The translations under genes and the position numbers were made by a program. A stretch of DNA of 64,000 bases from an uncultured Christensenella sp. (lineage in GTDB: Bacteria; Bacillota; Clostridia; Christensenellales; UBA3700), in assembly GCA_949287655.1 (NCBI GenBank), contig CASEHD010000004.1, forward strand, positions 55 through 64,054. Reading direction: 5' to 3'. Position 1 is the stretch's first letter. Each line of letters opens with the position of its first letter. The notes below the pieces were generated by a model that was not told where the DNA came from, ran no database searches, and saw only the letters and a program-made list of their open reading frames with translations. Of this stretch, positions 29,781-40,593 are shown in pieces.

Positions 29781-32750
29781 ATGAGAAAGAACAGATTTCT
29801 TCTTCTTATCGCTCTCGTTCTCGTTTTCGCCATGCTCGCAGTTACGATAGTAGGTTGCCAGAAGGAAGAGGGTACGCCCTCTGACGACAACACTGCTCTC
29901 GTTCCCGACGACGGCAACGGCAACGACGGCGGAAACAACAATGCAGGCGCAGGCGGTTGGTCCGACGGCGACGGAAGCTCGACAGCGGGCGGAAGCACCT
30001 ACAATATTTCCGACGCGGACGCTTACATATCCTTTGACGTTATCGCGGACAGCGCAAGCGATATCGCGGTCACCGACAATCTCGGTAAGGCTGTCGCAGT
30101 AACGATCAATGAGAACAACGGCGTTTACACCGTCTGGGCTCCCAACGGCGGTTACGGCAAGGGCAGTATTTATAAGATAACCCTTTCCAACGGCGCGACT
30201 TTCGTAAAATATGAAGGCGTCAGCGCTATCCGTTTCAGCATCGGCAATTCCGCCAACAACATAAAGATCGACGAAGGCTTTATGACGTACAGCGAGAACG
30301 CGGTTGTCGTCTGGGGTACTGAAAAGACCGACGGCTACGGCGTAACCAGCGGCACGATGAACATTCAGACCAACGCGACTTCCGAGATGCCCGCCGGCAC
30401 CATCTATCTCGTCGAGAAGAACGACGGCACCCAGTCCGCTTACAAGGTCACGAAGTCGGTGTCTTCCGGTAACGGTCTGTACTTTGTTGAGTACGTTAAG
30501 CCCGATATCGACGAGGTTTTCGACGAGTTCGAATACAGCGCTACCAGCAAGCTTACCGCTGACAGCGACGTTAATTTCGATTACAAGAACGGCGTTGAAA
30601 CTCTGGACAACAGCGAACTTGCGATGAGCATCTTCTCTATGTTCGGCTCGAAGCCCGAATTCGATATTTCCGTTCCCGAATTCGATAAGAACGGTCACGT
30701 CGTCGTAGACATTACGATCACCATCCCCAATGTAGTGACCGTTGAAGGATATGCTTCCAGCGACCTTGTAATCACTGTTCGCAACGTTATGGACGTAGAA
30801 GCGAGCGCGAATATCGACAAGGCGACCGTATCTGAGGAATTCTCACTGAAAGCTACCGTAAAGAACGACATAACCACGACCGTTACCCTCGGTGCTGACG
30901 GCGGTTATACCGGCGCGGTCAATATTCCCGAACTTATGGATAAGCTCGTTGAGCTCGCAAATAAGGATAAGGACGACGCTACCGCTATCCCGCTCTTCCA
31001 GTGGACGGTTCCCATCGCCAACGGCGTTGCTTCCATTACATACAATGCAGACCTTATGTTCAGGTTCAGCGTAGCGGGCGACATCAACGCTTCCGCTCAC
31101 GCGCAGCTTGACTACGAAGTCGGCGTCATGTACACTAAGGCAGACGGTTTTGACGCGTATGCGAATGAACTCGAGGGCAACGGCTTTGACAGCGTTCAGG
31201 TCGATCTCGGCGGTCAGGCTGAACTCAAAGTCGGTCTCAGACAGGATCTCGGCTTTGACGTTCTCGCGGGCGTTCTCGGCATCGGCATCGAAGCTGAGAT
31301 AGGCAACTACAACAGACTTTACGGTTACGGCGAATCTTCCAACCTCATCGACGAAGCCGAAGATTATTTCGCGGGCGGCGTTTATTTCGAGGGAGGTTTC
31401 TATTACGACGTCAACCTGTCTTACGGTCTCAAGATCGGCAGCCTGCTCAATCTCTCCGATAAGGTCGATATCGTCGACGGCGAGATCAAGGGCTACGAAG
31501 CGGGCAACAGATATCTTGTTCTCGGCGTAGGTGCAGAGGTTCAGAGCTATACGCTCACCGCGCTGAACACCAACGTTCCCGCTATCTACTATAAGAACAT
31601 GTACGACCTCGTTACCAAGACCAGATATACCGAAGTTGCGGCTGCGGAAGAATTTATTTTCGAAAGTGCAAGCAACGATCTTGCTATCGAGAACAACGTA
31701 ATAAAGGTAACCAAGGATATCAACGACACCAAAGTCACCGCGACCCTCGTTGCCAATCCCGACCTTAAGGTCGACGTAGCTTACAAGTTCACGCTTGCGG
31801 CTCCCATTCTCGACAACGACACCATCGTCGTGGACAAGAGCAGCTATACCAATGTGGGCGCTACGCTCGAATTCGGCATCAACTACAACGGTTTCGCTAA
31901 CGACGCAGTCGCGGTTGCAAGCGACGACGTAACGATCAGCGTGATCGACAAGACTGCAAACAGAGCGACCGTATCCGTACCCGTCAAAGAACTTCTCCTT
32001 CTCGACAACGGTATGAACGAGATCGGCATTACCGTAGACGGTAAGAGCGTTACGCTCAACCTTGACGTGACCGGTAAGATCGCTTGGAACCAGTTTGCGA
32101 CCGGCGCGAACAGCTACAGCGTGTTCACCGCGGATCAGATCCTTGACATGGTCAAAGCAAACACCAATTTCGAAGGAAACGTGATCACTCTGACCGACGA
32201 TATCGACATGAAGGGCGCTGAGATCGCACCGATAGCTGCGTTCAACGGCACTCTGCAGGGTAACGGCAAGGCTATCACCAACTACACCGTCAACTCGTTT
32301 GCTGGCGAGAACGCCGGCTTCATCGCGGTCAACAACGGCACGATCGACAACGTAGTATTCGGCGGCAACGTCAACCTGGCTCTCGAAGCTACCACCGGCA
32401 AGGATTACGCGGTAGCGGGTATCGCGGCTGTCAACAACGGCACGATCGCGAACTGCGCCGTAACCGGCAACGTAAACGTTTATTCTTACGGTCTGGCTGC
32501 GTTCGTAGATTTTGACGTAGCAGCTGTAGCGGCTGTCAACAACAGCAACTGCGACCTGACCACCAACGTCGGCGCAAGCGCTCTGACAGAAGTAAAAGTT
32601 ACGATCAAATTCGACCTGCTTAACGTAAATGTCAGAATCGGCGATACGACTTCGACAAGCAACGATATTGCAAGCGTCGTCGAATCCGTCGTATGCGAGA
32701 ACTGCGCGGCGAACGGTCCGTACGCAACCAAGGTAACGATAGCTGAATAA
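29781..32750 (+). CDS. Large beta-rich acidic surface lipoprotein with C-terminal GLUG-like repeats
   Basis: Lipobox IVG-C, Gly/Asp/Asn linker, C-terminal LTDDIDM..PI..FNGTL.GNG and repeated G.IAAVNNGTI.N. Confidence 0.8.
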   Translation: MRKNRFLLLIALVLVFAMLAVTIVGCQKEEGTPSDDNTALVPDDGNGNDGGNNNAGAGGWSDGDGSSTAGGSTYNISDADAYISFDVIADSASDIAVTDNLGKAVAVTINENNGVYTVWAPNGGYGKGSIYKITLSNGATFVKYEGVSAIRFSIGNSANNIKIDEGFMTYSENAVVVWGTEKTDGYGVTSGTMNIQTNATSEMPAGTIYLVEKNDGTQSAYKVTKSVSSGNGLYFVEYVKPDIDEVFDEFEYSATSKLTADSDVNFDYKNGVETLDNSELAMSIFSMFGSKPEFDISVPEFDKNGHVVVDITITIPNVVTVEGYASSDLVITVRNVMDVEASANIDKATVSEEFSLKATVKNDITTTVTLGADGGYTGAVNIPELMDKLVELANKDKDDATAIPLFQWTVPIANGVASITYNADLMFRFSVAGDINASAHAQLDYEVGVMYTKADGFDAYANELEGNGFDSVQVDLGGQAELKVGLRQDLGFDVLAGVLGIGIEAEIGNYNRLYGYGESSNLIDEAEDYFAGGVYFEGGFYYDVNLSYGLKIGSLLNLSDKVDIVDGEIKGYEAGNRYLVLGVGAEVQSYTLTALNTNVPAIYYKNMYDLVTKTRYTEVAAAEEFIFESASNDLAIENNVIKVTKDINDTKVTATLVANPDLKVDVAYKFTLAAPILDNDTIVVDKSSYTNVGATLEFGINYNGFANDAVAVASDDVTISVIDKTANRATVSVPVKELLLLDNGMNEIGITVDGKSVTLNLDVTGKIAWNQFATGANSYSVFTADQILDMVKANTNFEGNVITLTDDIDMKGAEIAPIAAFNGTLQGNGKAITNYTVNSFAGENAGFIAVNNGTIDNVVFGGNVNLALEATTGKDYAVAGIAAVNNGTIANCAVTGNVNVYSYGLAAFVDFDVAAVAAVNNSNCDLTTNVGASALTEVKVTIKFDLLNVNVRIGDTTSTSNDIASVVESVVCENCAANGPYATKVTIAE

Positions 32751-32775
32751 TCGGTAATCAAACCTGATAAAATAA

Positions 32776-32807
32776 GCGGAACAGTCGAAAGGCTGTTCCG
32801 TTTTTTT
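32776..32807 (+). terminator. Intrinsic terminator
   Basis: GCGGAACAGTC-GAAA-GGCTGTTCCGT followed by a T run. Confidence 0.85.
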
Positions 32808-33176
32808 ATCCCTTCCGCACGGCTGGCGTCGATACCCGCGGACCGTGAATAACTGCGAAAGCAGAATAGCGTTATATCCTGTAAAAAGTTTCAGCCCGCA
32901 CGTTTTTGCCGCAATTTGCCGCAGATCGTCTTTGCGGCGTGTTTTAACAGCGCGGTATTTCTTCCGCGCGATCCGTTTGAAGATCGAGCTGTTTTACGGA
33001 ACCGACGAACATATTAAACGCGGTTTTTTTTGACCGACGCGCGGTTTTTTTCCGGGTATAATACTCATAGGTATAGGCAGATAAATTGTTACGCCGGTAA
33101 AGCATTATTTAATTCGTGCAATTGACGGCGAGTAACAAATAATTTATAATAGTATTATACATTTGTAGAGGGATTT

Positions 33177-34343
33177 ATGAGAAAGACTGTTTCTGTTCTT
33201 ATTTGTCTGGCAATAGTCGTATGCTCGGTCGCAGCGTTTACTGCTTGCGATCAGGAAACGAGGGAAATTGATATGTCGCTGCGTCCGGATACTTCGTACG
33301 GCTTGTACTGGTACGGCGACGACGCGACCGACTCCGTGATCTCGCAGGAGAATATGCCGACGAAATATTACGACCCCGAAAAGCCCACCGTGGTCTATTC
33401 TCACGGCTGGAAAACGTCGTCCGAGGAAAAGGAAACGATGACGACTCTCGATAAGACGGTAAGCAAAACAAAGGGCTCTTCCGGCGATATGGATTACGTC
33501 GTCGGGCTTAAAGCTCTCGGCTACAACGTGGCGTTCTGGGACTGGCACGATTATGCGCAGATGCTCGCCTTTCTCCAAAACGAGATATGGGTCGTTAAGG
33601 ACGCAGACGCGCTGTCAGAAAGCGACAGGACCAGGTATGAGAATTACTACGAAGCGCTCGTCGCGCTCGACGGCAGAAGTTTTGCCGGCGAACTGGTCAG
33701 ATCTATGAACGCGGTGATGAAGGACGCTGCGGATAAGGAAGTTGTGTTTATAGGACATTCTTTCGGAGGTCAGATGGTGACCGCTGCGGCTTATACTCTG
33801 TATAAACTTGCGGACGAAGGGCTGCTGTCCAACAATAACATCGTTCCCGACAGGGTGATCCTCGCCGACCCGTATATGACAGGTACCGACGTTTTCGGCA
33901 AAATGGATCTTCTGGACGAGACGATAGAAACGACCCCGACCGCGCTCAAAGCGGCTGAAGCGTATGAATATATGAATTCCAACGGGGCAGTGATAGACCT
34001 TTACGGCGCGATGAGAACGATGACTTACGAGGCTTATGCCGGAATGTTCTCGGCTCCTGAAGAGTTGCGCTCCGTTATCATGAAAAAGATCAAGGCGAAT
34101 ACCGTTTACGTCGTGCAGAAGAATCTGACTGACGCATACGGCTCCGTGGGCGACGTTCACGTCGTGTCGAGGGATTACGTGCTCACTTCGTTCATCGAGG
34201 GTAAAAAGGGCAATATGGACGGCTGCGCGCCCCGCACGTCGATGACGGCGGACGAGATGAGACAGTACGTCGGCAGAGAATTCAACCTTATCGGTAACGG
34301 TTTCGATATCGCGGGAGCGACTATGCAGGAAGTTCTCGAATAA
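33177..34343 (+). CDS. Lipoprotein with alpha/beta-hydrolase fold
   Basis: Lipobox FTA-C, PTVVYSHGW oxyanion region, GHSFGG nucleophile elbow. Confidence 0.75.
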   Translation: MRKTVSVLICLAIVVCSVAAFTACDQETREIDMSLRPDTSYGLYWYGDDATDSVISQENMPTKYYDPEKPTVVYSHGWKTSSEEKETMTTLDKTVSKTKGSSGDMDYVVGLKALGYNVAFWDWHDYAQMLAFLQNEIWVVKDADALSESDRTRYENYYEALVALDGRSFAGELVRSMNAVMKDAADKEVVFIGHSFGGQMVTAAAYTLYKLADEGLLSNNNIVPDRVILADPYMTGTDVFGKMDLLDETIETTPTALKAAEAYEYMNSNGAVIDLYGAMRTMTYEAYAGMFSAPEELRSVIMKKIKANTVYVVQKNLTDAYGSVGDVHVVSRDYVLTSFIEGKKGNMDGCAPRTSMTADEMRQYVGREFNLIGNGFDIAGATMQEVLE

Positions 34344-34362
34344 TATCGTCAGACGCGATACC

Positions 34363-34394
34363 GTCCTCTCCGCATACGCGGGGAGGACTTTTTT
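34363..34394 (+). terminator. Intrinsic terminator
   Basis: GTCCTCTCCGC...GCGGGGAGGAC stem followed by T6. Confidence 0.75.
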
Positions 34395-34700
34395 GCGTTA
34401 AACGCCGCTGTTTTTCAACCGCAAACCGTCGGCAGAGGAAAGATCGTCGACCCCGTTTGCACGGAGTAAAGCGCGTCCGACGCGGCGCCGGGAACATCCG
34501 AAAGACGAAGCGGAAAGACGAGCGTTTAAAGAAGGGCGCAAGTTTTCGGTTTTCGCGCGTTGTACGTATAATAACGCGCGCGCCCGTTCAATTGCTTTCG
34601 TCAAAAAACCGTGCGTATCATTTTGTTTCGCGTCGGCGGGAAATGCGGTCCGCTGAAAGCTTGTTTCTGTTGCACGTAAATTCTTCGGTAAGTTCGTAAA

Positions 34701-34815
34701 AAATGAATAATATTATGAATTATTGTATAAAAATACAAAAATATGAATTAATACGCAATAAGCAATATAATATAAAGAGAAAATTATAAAAAATATGTGA
34801 ATAAATATGTCAAAA
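34701..34815 (+). promoter_or_regulatory. Cluster of ARG boxes (ArgR/AhrC operators)
   Basis: AT-rich region with repeated TGAAT(W4) half-sites and the palindrome TTGTAT-AAAA-ATACAA (34723-34738), directly upstream of argG. Confidence 0.6.
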
Positions 34816-34877
34816 TGCTTGCAATAAAAATCAAATTGTTATAAGATTAATACAACAAACGCACAAGAGGTGTATTT

Positions 34878-36092
34878 ATGGATAAGATCAAAAAAGTCGT
34901 ACTGGCATATTCGGGAGGTCTGGATACCTCCATAATCATTCCGTGGCTCAAAGAGAATTACGACGGCTGCGAGGTCATCGCGGTCGCCGGCAACGTGGGT
35001 CAGGGCGCGGAACTCAAAGGCTTAGAGGAAAAGGCTAAAAAGACGGGCGCGAGCAAGCTGTACATCGCGGACCTTACCGACGAATTCGTTGACGATTACG
35101 TTTTTCCGACTCTGAAGGCGGGTGCGGTATATGAGAACAAGTACCTTCTGGGCACCAGCTTCGCACGCCCGATAATCGCAAAGAGAATAGTAGAGATCGC
35201 CCTCGCGGAAGGCGCGGACGCGATTTGCCACGGCTGCACCGGCAAGGGTAACGACCAGGTGAGATTTGAGCTGACTATAAAGGCTTTCGCTCCCAATATG
35301 AAAATAATCGCTCCGTGGCGCATCTGGGATCTCAAGTCCCGTGACGAAGAGATAGATTACGCCGAAGCGCACAACGTGCCGCTCAATATCAGCAGAGAGA
35401 CCAATTACAGCAAAGATAAGAACATCTGGCACTTGTCTCACGAAGGTCTCGACCTCGAAGATCCGGCAAACGAGCCCGATTACAACAAGATCTTAGAGCT
35501 GGGCGTAAGTCCCGAAAAGGCTCCGGACAAGGCGACATACGTTACGATAAGCTTTGAAAAGGGCGTTCCGGTCGCTATCGACGGCAAGAAGATGAAGGGC
35601 AGCGATATCGTCGCGTATCTGAACAAAGTCGGCGGCGAGAACGGCGTAGGTATTGCGGATATCGTAGAAAACAGACTGGTAGGCATGAAGTCGCGCGGCG
35701 TTTACGAGACCCCCGGCGGCACGATCCTCTACCATGCTCACGAAGTGCTCGAAACGCTGTGTCTCGATAAGGAGACCGCTCATTTCAAGCAGCACGTCGC
35801 GGTCAAGTTCGCGGACCTCGTATACAACGGTCAGTGGTTCACTCCGCTCAGAGAGGCGCTCAGCGCGTTCGTGGACAGCACTCAGCAGACGGTTACCGGC
35901 GACGTGAAACTTAAACTGTACAAGGGCAACATCATCAACGCGGGCGTCACCAGTCCTTATTCTCTGTACGACGAGGATATCGCTACTTTTGCGGAAGACG
36001 ACTGCTACGACCAGAAGGACAGCGCGGGCTTTATCAATCTGTTCGGTCTGCCGATAAAGGTCAACGCACTTATGAAGGCTAAGAAAAAATAA
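34878..36092 (+). CDS. argG: Argininosuccinate synthase
   Basis: [35 protein letters not shown]. Confidence 0.97.
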   Translation: MDKIKKVVLAYSGGLDTSIIIPWLKENYDGCEVIAVAGNVGQGAELKGLEEKAKKTGASKLYIADLTDEFVDDYVFPTLKAGAVYENKYLLGTSFARPIIAKRIVEIALAEGADAICHGCTGKGNDQVRFELTIKAFAPNMKIIAPWRIWDLKSRDEEIDYAEAHNVPLNISRETNYSKDKNIWHLSHEGLDLEDPANEPDYNKILELGVSPEKAPDKATYVTISFEKGVPVAIDGKKMKGSDIVAYLNKVGGENGVGIADIVENRLVGMKSRGVYETPGGTILYHAHEVLETLCLDKETAHFKQHVAVKFADLVYNGQWFTPLREALSAFVDSTQQTVTGDVKLKLYKGNIINAGVTSPYSLYDEDIATFAEDDCYDQKDSAGFINLFGLPIKVNALMKAKKK

Positions 36093-37477
36093 TGGCTAAA
36101 ATGTGGCAAGGACGGTTTTCAAAGGATCTCGACGAGAAGGTAAACGACTTCAACAGCTCGATATCCTTTGACAGCCGGATGTATAAAGAGGACATATCGG
36201 GCAGTATCATTCATTCCGTGATGCTCGGAAAACAGGGCATCATTCCGGAAGAAGACAGTCGTCTGATAGGCAAAGAGCTTTCCGCTATCTATGAAGAAAT
36301 AGAGAGCGGAAAACTTGCGTTTGACCCCGCCGCCGAAGACATACATATGTTTGTCGAATCCGTGCTTACGGAAAGGCTCGGAGAGGTCGGAAAGCGTCTG
36401 CATACCGCGCGTTCGAGAAACGACCAGGTCGCGCTCGATTTAAGGATGTATCTGCGCGGGCAGATAGACGTGGTCGTGGGGCTGATAAAGTCGCTGATAA
36501 AGACCCTTGTCGAAAAGGCGGAAGAGAATCTTGAAACGGTAATGCCGGGATATACGCATCTGCAGAGGGCTCAACCGATAACCTTTGCTCACCATCTGAT
36601 GGCGTACGTCGAGATGTTCAAACGCGATATGGTCAGAATGTTCAACTGTTTTTCGCTTATGAACGAATGTCCGCTGGGGAGCGGCGCGCTGGCTACGACG
36701 ACTTATCCGATAGACAGGGAATTTACCGCAAAGCACCTGGGTTTCGACAATCCGACATATAACAGCTTGGACGGCGTAAGCGACCGCGACTATGCGATAG
36801 AGCTTGCAAACGCGATCGCGATCTGCATGACGCACCTTTCGCGGCTTTCGGAAGAGATAGTACTCTGGAGCAGCTGGGAGTTCAGATTCATAGAGCTCGA
36901 CGACGCGTACGCGACGGGATCCAGCATAATGCCTCAAAAGAAAAACCCCGATATATGCGAGCTTATCCGCGGCAAAACGGGACGCGTACAGGGCAACCTT
37001 ACGACCCTTCTCACGATGATGAAAGGACTGCCGCTTGCGTACAACAAGGATATGCAGGAGGACAAAGAGGCGATATTCGACAGCGTTGACACGGTAAAGC
37101 TGTGTCTTTCGACGATAAAACCGATGCTGGACACGATGACCGTCAACAAGGAAAACATGAAAAAGGCGGGCGAAAAAGGCTTTATAAACGCTACAGACTG
37201 CGCGGACTATCTGGTCAAAAAAGGACTCGCTTTCCGCGACGCTTACAAGATAGTCGGCACGCTGGTCGGAATTTGCGTCGAGAGGGGTACAACGCTTGAC
37301 AAACTGGACATAGCCGAGTATAAAAAGATATGCGACGTTTTCGAGGACGACGTGTATGCGGCGATAGACCTCAACACCTGCGTCAAAGGGCGCAACGTGA
37401 CCGGAGGTCCCGCTCCCGAAGCGGTGAAGAAGCATATAGAACTGATAAAGAATACCGTTCTCAAAGAGGAAAAATAA
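36092..37477 (+). CDS. argH: Argininosuccinate lyase
   Basis: HTARSRNDQV, GYTHLQRAQP, GSSIMPQKKNPD. Confidence 0.97.
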   Translation: MAKMWQGRFSKDLDEKVNDFNSSISFDSRMYKEDISGSIIHSVMLGKQGIIPEEDSRLIGKELSAIYEEIESGKLAFDPAAEDIHMFVESVLTERLGEVGKRLHTARSRNDQVALDLRMYLRGQIDVVVGLIKSLIKTLVEKAEENLETVMPGYTHLQRAQPITFAHHLMAYVEMFKRDMVRMFNCFSLMNECPLGSGALATTTYPIDREFTAKHLGFDNPTYNSLDGVSDRDYAIELANAIAICMTHLSRLSEEIVLWSSWEFRFIELDDAYATGSSIMPQKKNPDICELIRGKTGRVQGNLTTLLTMMKGLPLAYNKDMQEDKEAIFDSVDTVKLCLSTIKPMLDTMTVNKENMKKAGEKGFINATDCADYLVKKGLAFRDAYKIVGTLVGICVERGTTLDKLDIAEYKKICDVFEDDVYAAIDLNTCVKGRNVTGGPAPEAVKKHIELIKNTVLKEEK

Positions 37478-38511
37478 TGATAAAAGTCGGAATAGTAGGC
37501 GCGACGGGTTATGCGGGCGTAGAGCTGGTAAGGCTGCTGCAATCTCACCCGGACGCCGAAATAACGGGAATAAGCTCGGTAAGTTACGAGGGCAGGAGCA
37601 TAAGCGAGGTGTACCCCAATCTTTACGGGATATGCGACGACACGCTCGAAGCGGAAGATAAGCTCATAGGCAAAAGCGACGTGATATTCGCGTCTCTGCC
37701 GCACGGACTAAGTGAAAAACTTGCGAAAAAGTGCGTCGAAAAGGGCGTTAAACTCATCGACCTCGGCGCGGATTTCAGACTGGACAGCGAGGAAGAATAC
37801 ACTAAGTGGTACGGCAAGACTTACGAGGAAAAGGAACTGCATGAAAAGAGTGTTTACGTGATCCCGGAGCTTATGCGCGCTGAATATAAAGGTCAGCCGA
37901 TAATAGGCAACCCGGGCTGCTATCCGACGAGTATCGCCCTCGGTCTCGCGCCGCTTATGAAGAGCGGTCTTGTCAAGGACGACGGCATAGTCATTGACAG
38001 CAAGTCCGGCGTAACGGGCGCGGGCAGAGGTCTTGCGGACAACACGCATTACCCCAATTGCAACGAGGCGTTCTCTCCGTACAAAGTCGCTTCTCACAGG
38101 CATACGCCGGAGATAGAACAGACCCTTTCGAAGCTTGCGGGCAAGAAGGTAAACGTGACTTTCGTTCCCCATCTTCTGCCGGTGAACAGAGGCATAATCT
38201 CTACGATCTACGCGTCTTTGTCCTCGCCGGTGAGCGCGGCGGAACTGCACGCGTTGTATAAACAATTTTACTCGCGCGAAAAATTCGTACGCGTGCTGCC
38301 TCTCGGCAAGGTCTCAAATCTGCGCGACGTCAAATACAGCAATTATTGCGACGTCTCCGTGCACGCGGACGAGCATACGGGAAGAGCCGTTATCGTCTCT
38401 GCGATCGACAACATGGTCAAAGGCGCGGCGGGTCAGGCAATACAGAATATGAACATTATGTTCGGTCTAAAGGAGGATCGCGGTCTGGATCTCGTGCCGC
38501 CCGCGTTTTAA
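37477..38511 (+). CDS. argC: N-acetyl-gamma-glutamyl-phosphate reductase
   Basis: GATGYAG, NPGCYPT, SGVTGAGR, DNMVKGAAGQA. Start overlaps the argH stop (TAATG). Confidence 0.96.
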   Translation: MIKVGIVGATGYAGVELVRLLQSHPDAEITGISSVSYEGRSISEVYPNLYGICDDTLEAEDKLIGKSDVIFASLPHGLSEKLAKKCVEKGVKLIDLGADFRLDSEEEYTKWYGKTYEEKELHEKSVYVIPELMRAEYKGQPIIGNPGCYPTSIALGLAPLMKSGLVKDDGIVIDSKSGVTGAGRGLADNTHYPNCNEAFSPYKVASHRHTPEIEQTLSKLAGKKVNVTFVPHLLPVNRGIISTIYASLSSPVSAAELHALYKQFYSREKFVRVLPLGKVSNLRDVKYSNYCDVSVHADEHTGRAVIVSAIDNMVKGAAGQAIQNMNIMFGLKEDRGLDLVPPAF

Positions 38512-38512
38512 G

Positions 38513-39730
38513 ATGAAGGATATAGTAGGAGGAATTTGCGCGCCCAAAGGCTTCAAGGCGAACGGCGTGCATTGCGGAATAAGAAAGAATAAGGAAAAGC
38601 GCGACTTAGCGCTTATCGTCAGCGACGTTAAGGGCGCGGCGGCGGCTGTCTATACGACCAACAAGGTCAAGGGCGCGCCGATCGCGGTGACCGGAAGCAA
38701 TATCGCGGACGGCTGCGCGCAGGCGGTGATATGCAACAGCGGCAACGCGAACACCTGCAATGCGGACGGCGAACAGAAGGCGCGCGCGATGTGCAGGCTC
38801 GCGGAAAAATTCACGGGAGTCAAGGCTGAGGACGTTATCGTAGCTTCGACGGGCGTAATCGGTCAGATTTTGCCGATAGAGCCGATAGAAAACGGTATGA
38901 CCGCGCTTGTTGACGGACTTTCCGTCGACGGCTCGACGTACGCGGCTGAAGCTATAATGACGACGGATACCGTAATAAAGGAATTCGCCTGCGAGTTCAC
39001 GGTCGGCGGCAAGACCTGCCGCATGGGCGCGATAGCAAAGGGCAGCGGCATGATACACCCCAATATGGCGACGTTGCTTTGCTTCCTTACGACGGACGCG
39101 GCGATTGCCGCCGGCGTTCTGCATACCGCGCTTTACGACGTGATACAGGATACGCTGAATATGGTCAGCATAGACGGCGACACGTCGACAAACGACATGG
39201 TTTCCGTTATCGCCAACGGCAAGGCGGGCAACACGGTGATCGAAAAGGCGGAAGGCAAGGATTACGAAGCGTTCAAGGCGGCTTTGAACCATATTATGGT
39301 CAAGGTCTCCCGCGCTATCGCAAAGGACGGAGAAGGCGCGACCAGGCTTATGGAATGCAAGGTTTCCGGCGCGAAAGACAAGACTACCGCGAAGATAATC
39401 GCAAAGAGCGTCGTTTGCAGCAGCCTTCTTAAAGCGGCAATATTCGCGGCGGACGCGAACTGGGGCAGGATACTCTGCGCGATAGGTTATGCGAACGCGG
39501 AATTCGACATCACGAAGATCGACGTCGATCTCGCTTCGTCAAAGGGCGTTATCGCGGTATGCAGAGGCGGCAACGGCGTAGAATTCAGCGAAGAAGAAGC
39601 CAAGAAAATACTTCTCGAAGACGAAGTACAGATACTCGTAAGATGCAACGACGGGGCTGCAGAGGCGGTCGCGTGGGGTTGCGACCTGACTTACGATTAC
39701 GTAAAGATAAACGCGGATTACAGGACCTGA
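38513..39730 (+). CDS. argJ: Glutamate N-acetyltransferase / ornithine acetyltransferase
   Basis: NSGNANTC, KGSGMIHPNMATL autoproteolysis site, DGEGAT, CDLTYDYVKIN. Confidence 0.96.
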   Translation: MKDIVGGICAPKGFKANGVHCGIRKNKEKRDLALIVSDVKGAAAAVYTTNKVKGAPIAVTGSNIADGCAQAVICNSGNANTCNADGEQKARAMCRLAEKFTGVKAEDVIVASTGVIGQILPIEPIENGMTALVDGLSVDGSTYAAEAIMTTDTVIKEFACEFTVGGKTCRMGAIAKGSGMIHPNMATLLCFLTTDAAIAAGVLHTALYDVIQDTLNMVSIDGDTSTNDMVSVIANGKAGNTVIEKAEGKDYEAFKAALNHIMVKVSRAIAKDGEGATRLMECKVSGAKDKTTAKIIAKSVVCSSLLKAAIFAADANWGRILCAIGYANAEFDITKIDVDLASSKGVIAVCRGGNGVEFSEEEAKKILLEDEVQILVRCNDGAAEAVAWGCDLTYDYVKINADYRT

Positions 39731-39737
39731 GGTGGAT

Positions 39738-40589
39738 ATGGACATTTCGACAAAGGCACAGATATTGAGCGACGCGATGCCGTATATACAGAAATATTAC
39801 GACAAGATAGTCGTCGTCAAATACGGCGGCAACGCGATGCTCAACGAAGAACTCAAAAACGCGGTGATGCGCGATATCGTGATGTTGTCGCTGATCGGCG
39901 TAAAAGTCGTGCTCGTGCACGGCGGCGGACCCGAAATAAGCGATATGCTTAAACGCGTCGGAAAGGAAAGTAAGTTCATCGGCGGTCTGCGTTATACCGA
40001 CGAGGAGACCGCGGAGATCGTCCAGATGGTGCTTGCGGGCAAGATAAACAAAAACTTAGTCGGCATGCTGACCCGCCACGGCGGCAAGGCGCTCGGCTTC
40101 TGCGGCATTGACGGCAACATGTTCGTCTGTAAGAAGGCTAAGGGCGAACAGGACCTCGGGTTTGTCGGCGAGATAACCGAAGTCAATGCTCAGCCCGTTC
40201 TCGACGCGCTCGACAACGGATATATCCCGGTAATAGCCAGCGTGTCTTCGGACGTTGAAGGCAATACATACAACGTCAACGCGGATACGGCGGCGGCGAG
40301 GGTCGCGGCGGCGCTTAAAGCCGAAAACCTGATACTCATGACCGACATCAGAGGGCTTCTGATGGACAAGAACGACGAAAGCACACTGATAAGCGAGGTC
40401 AACGTAAGCGACGTTCCTTCGCTTAAAAAGAAGGGCGTGATCGGCGGCGGAATGATACCCAAAGTCGACTGTTGCGTCGAGGCGGTAAGGCGAGGCGTAA
40501 AGCAGTCGATAATAATCGACGGCAGGATCCCTCACGCGATATTAATCGATATGCTGACCAGCGAAGGCGTCGGCACGTTGTTTAAATAA
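39738..40589 (+). CDS. argB: Acetylglutamate kinase
   Basis: VVKYGGNAM, VHGGGPEI, NVNAD, GGMIPKV. Confidence 0.96.
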   Translation: MDISTKAQILSDAMPYIQKYYDKIVVVKYGGNAMLNEELKNAVMRDIVMLSLIGVKVVLVHGGGPEISDMLKRVGKESKFIGGLRYTDEETAEIVQMVLAGKINKNLVGMLTRHGGKALGFCGIDGNMFVCKKAKGEQDLGFVGEITEVNAQPVLDALDNGYIPVIASVSSDVEGNTYNVNADTAAARVAAALKAENLILMTDIRGLLMDKNDESTLISEVNVSDVPSLKKKGVIGGGMIPKVDCCVEAVRRGVKQSIIIDGRIPHAILIDMLTSEGVGTLFK

Positions 40590-40593
40590 GAAA

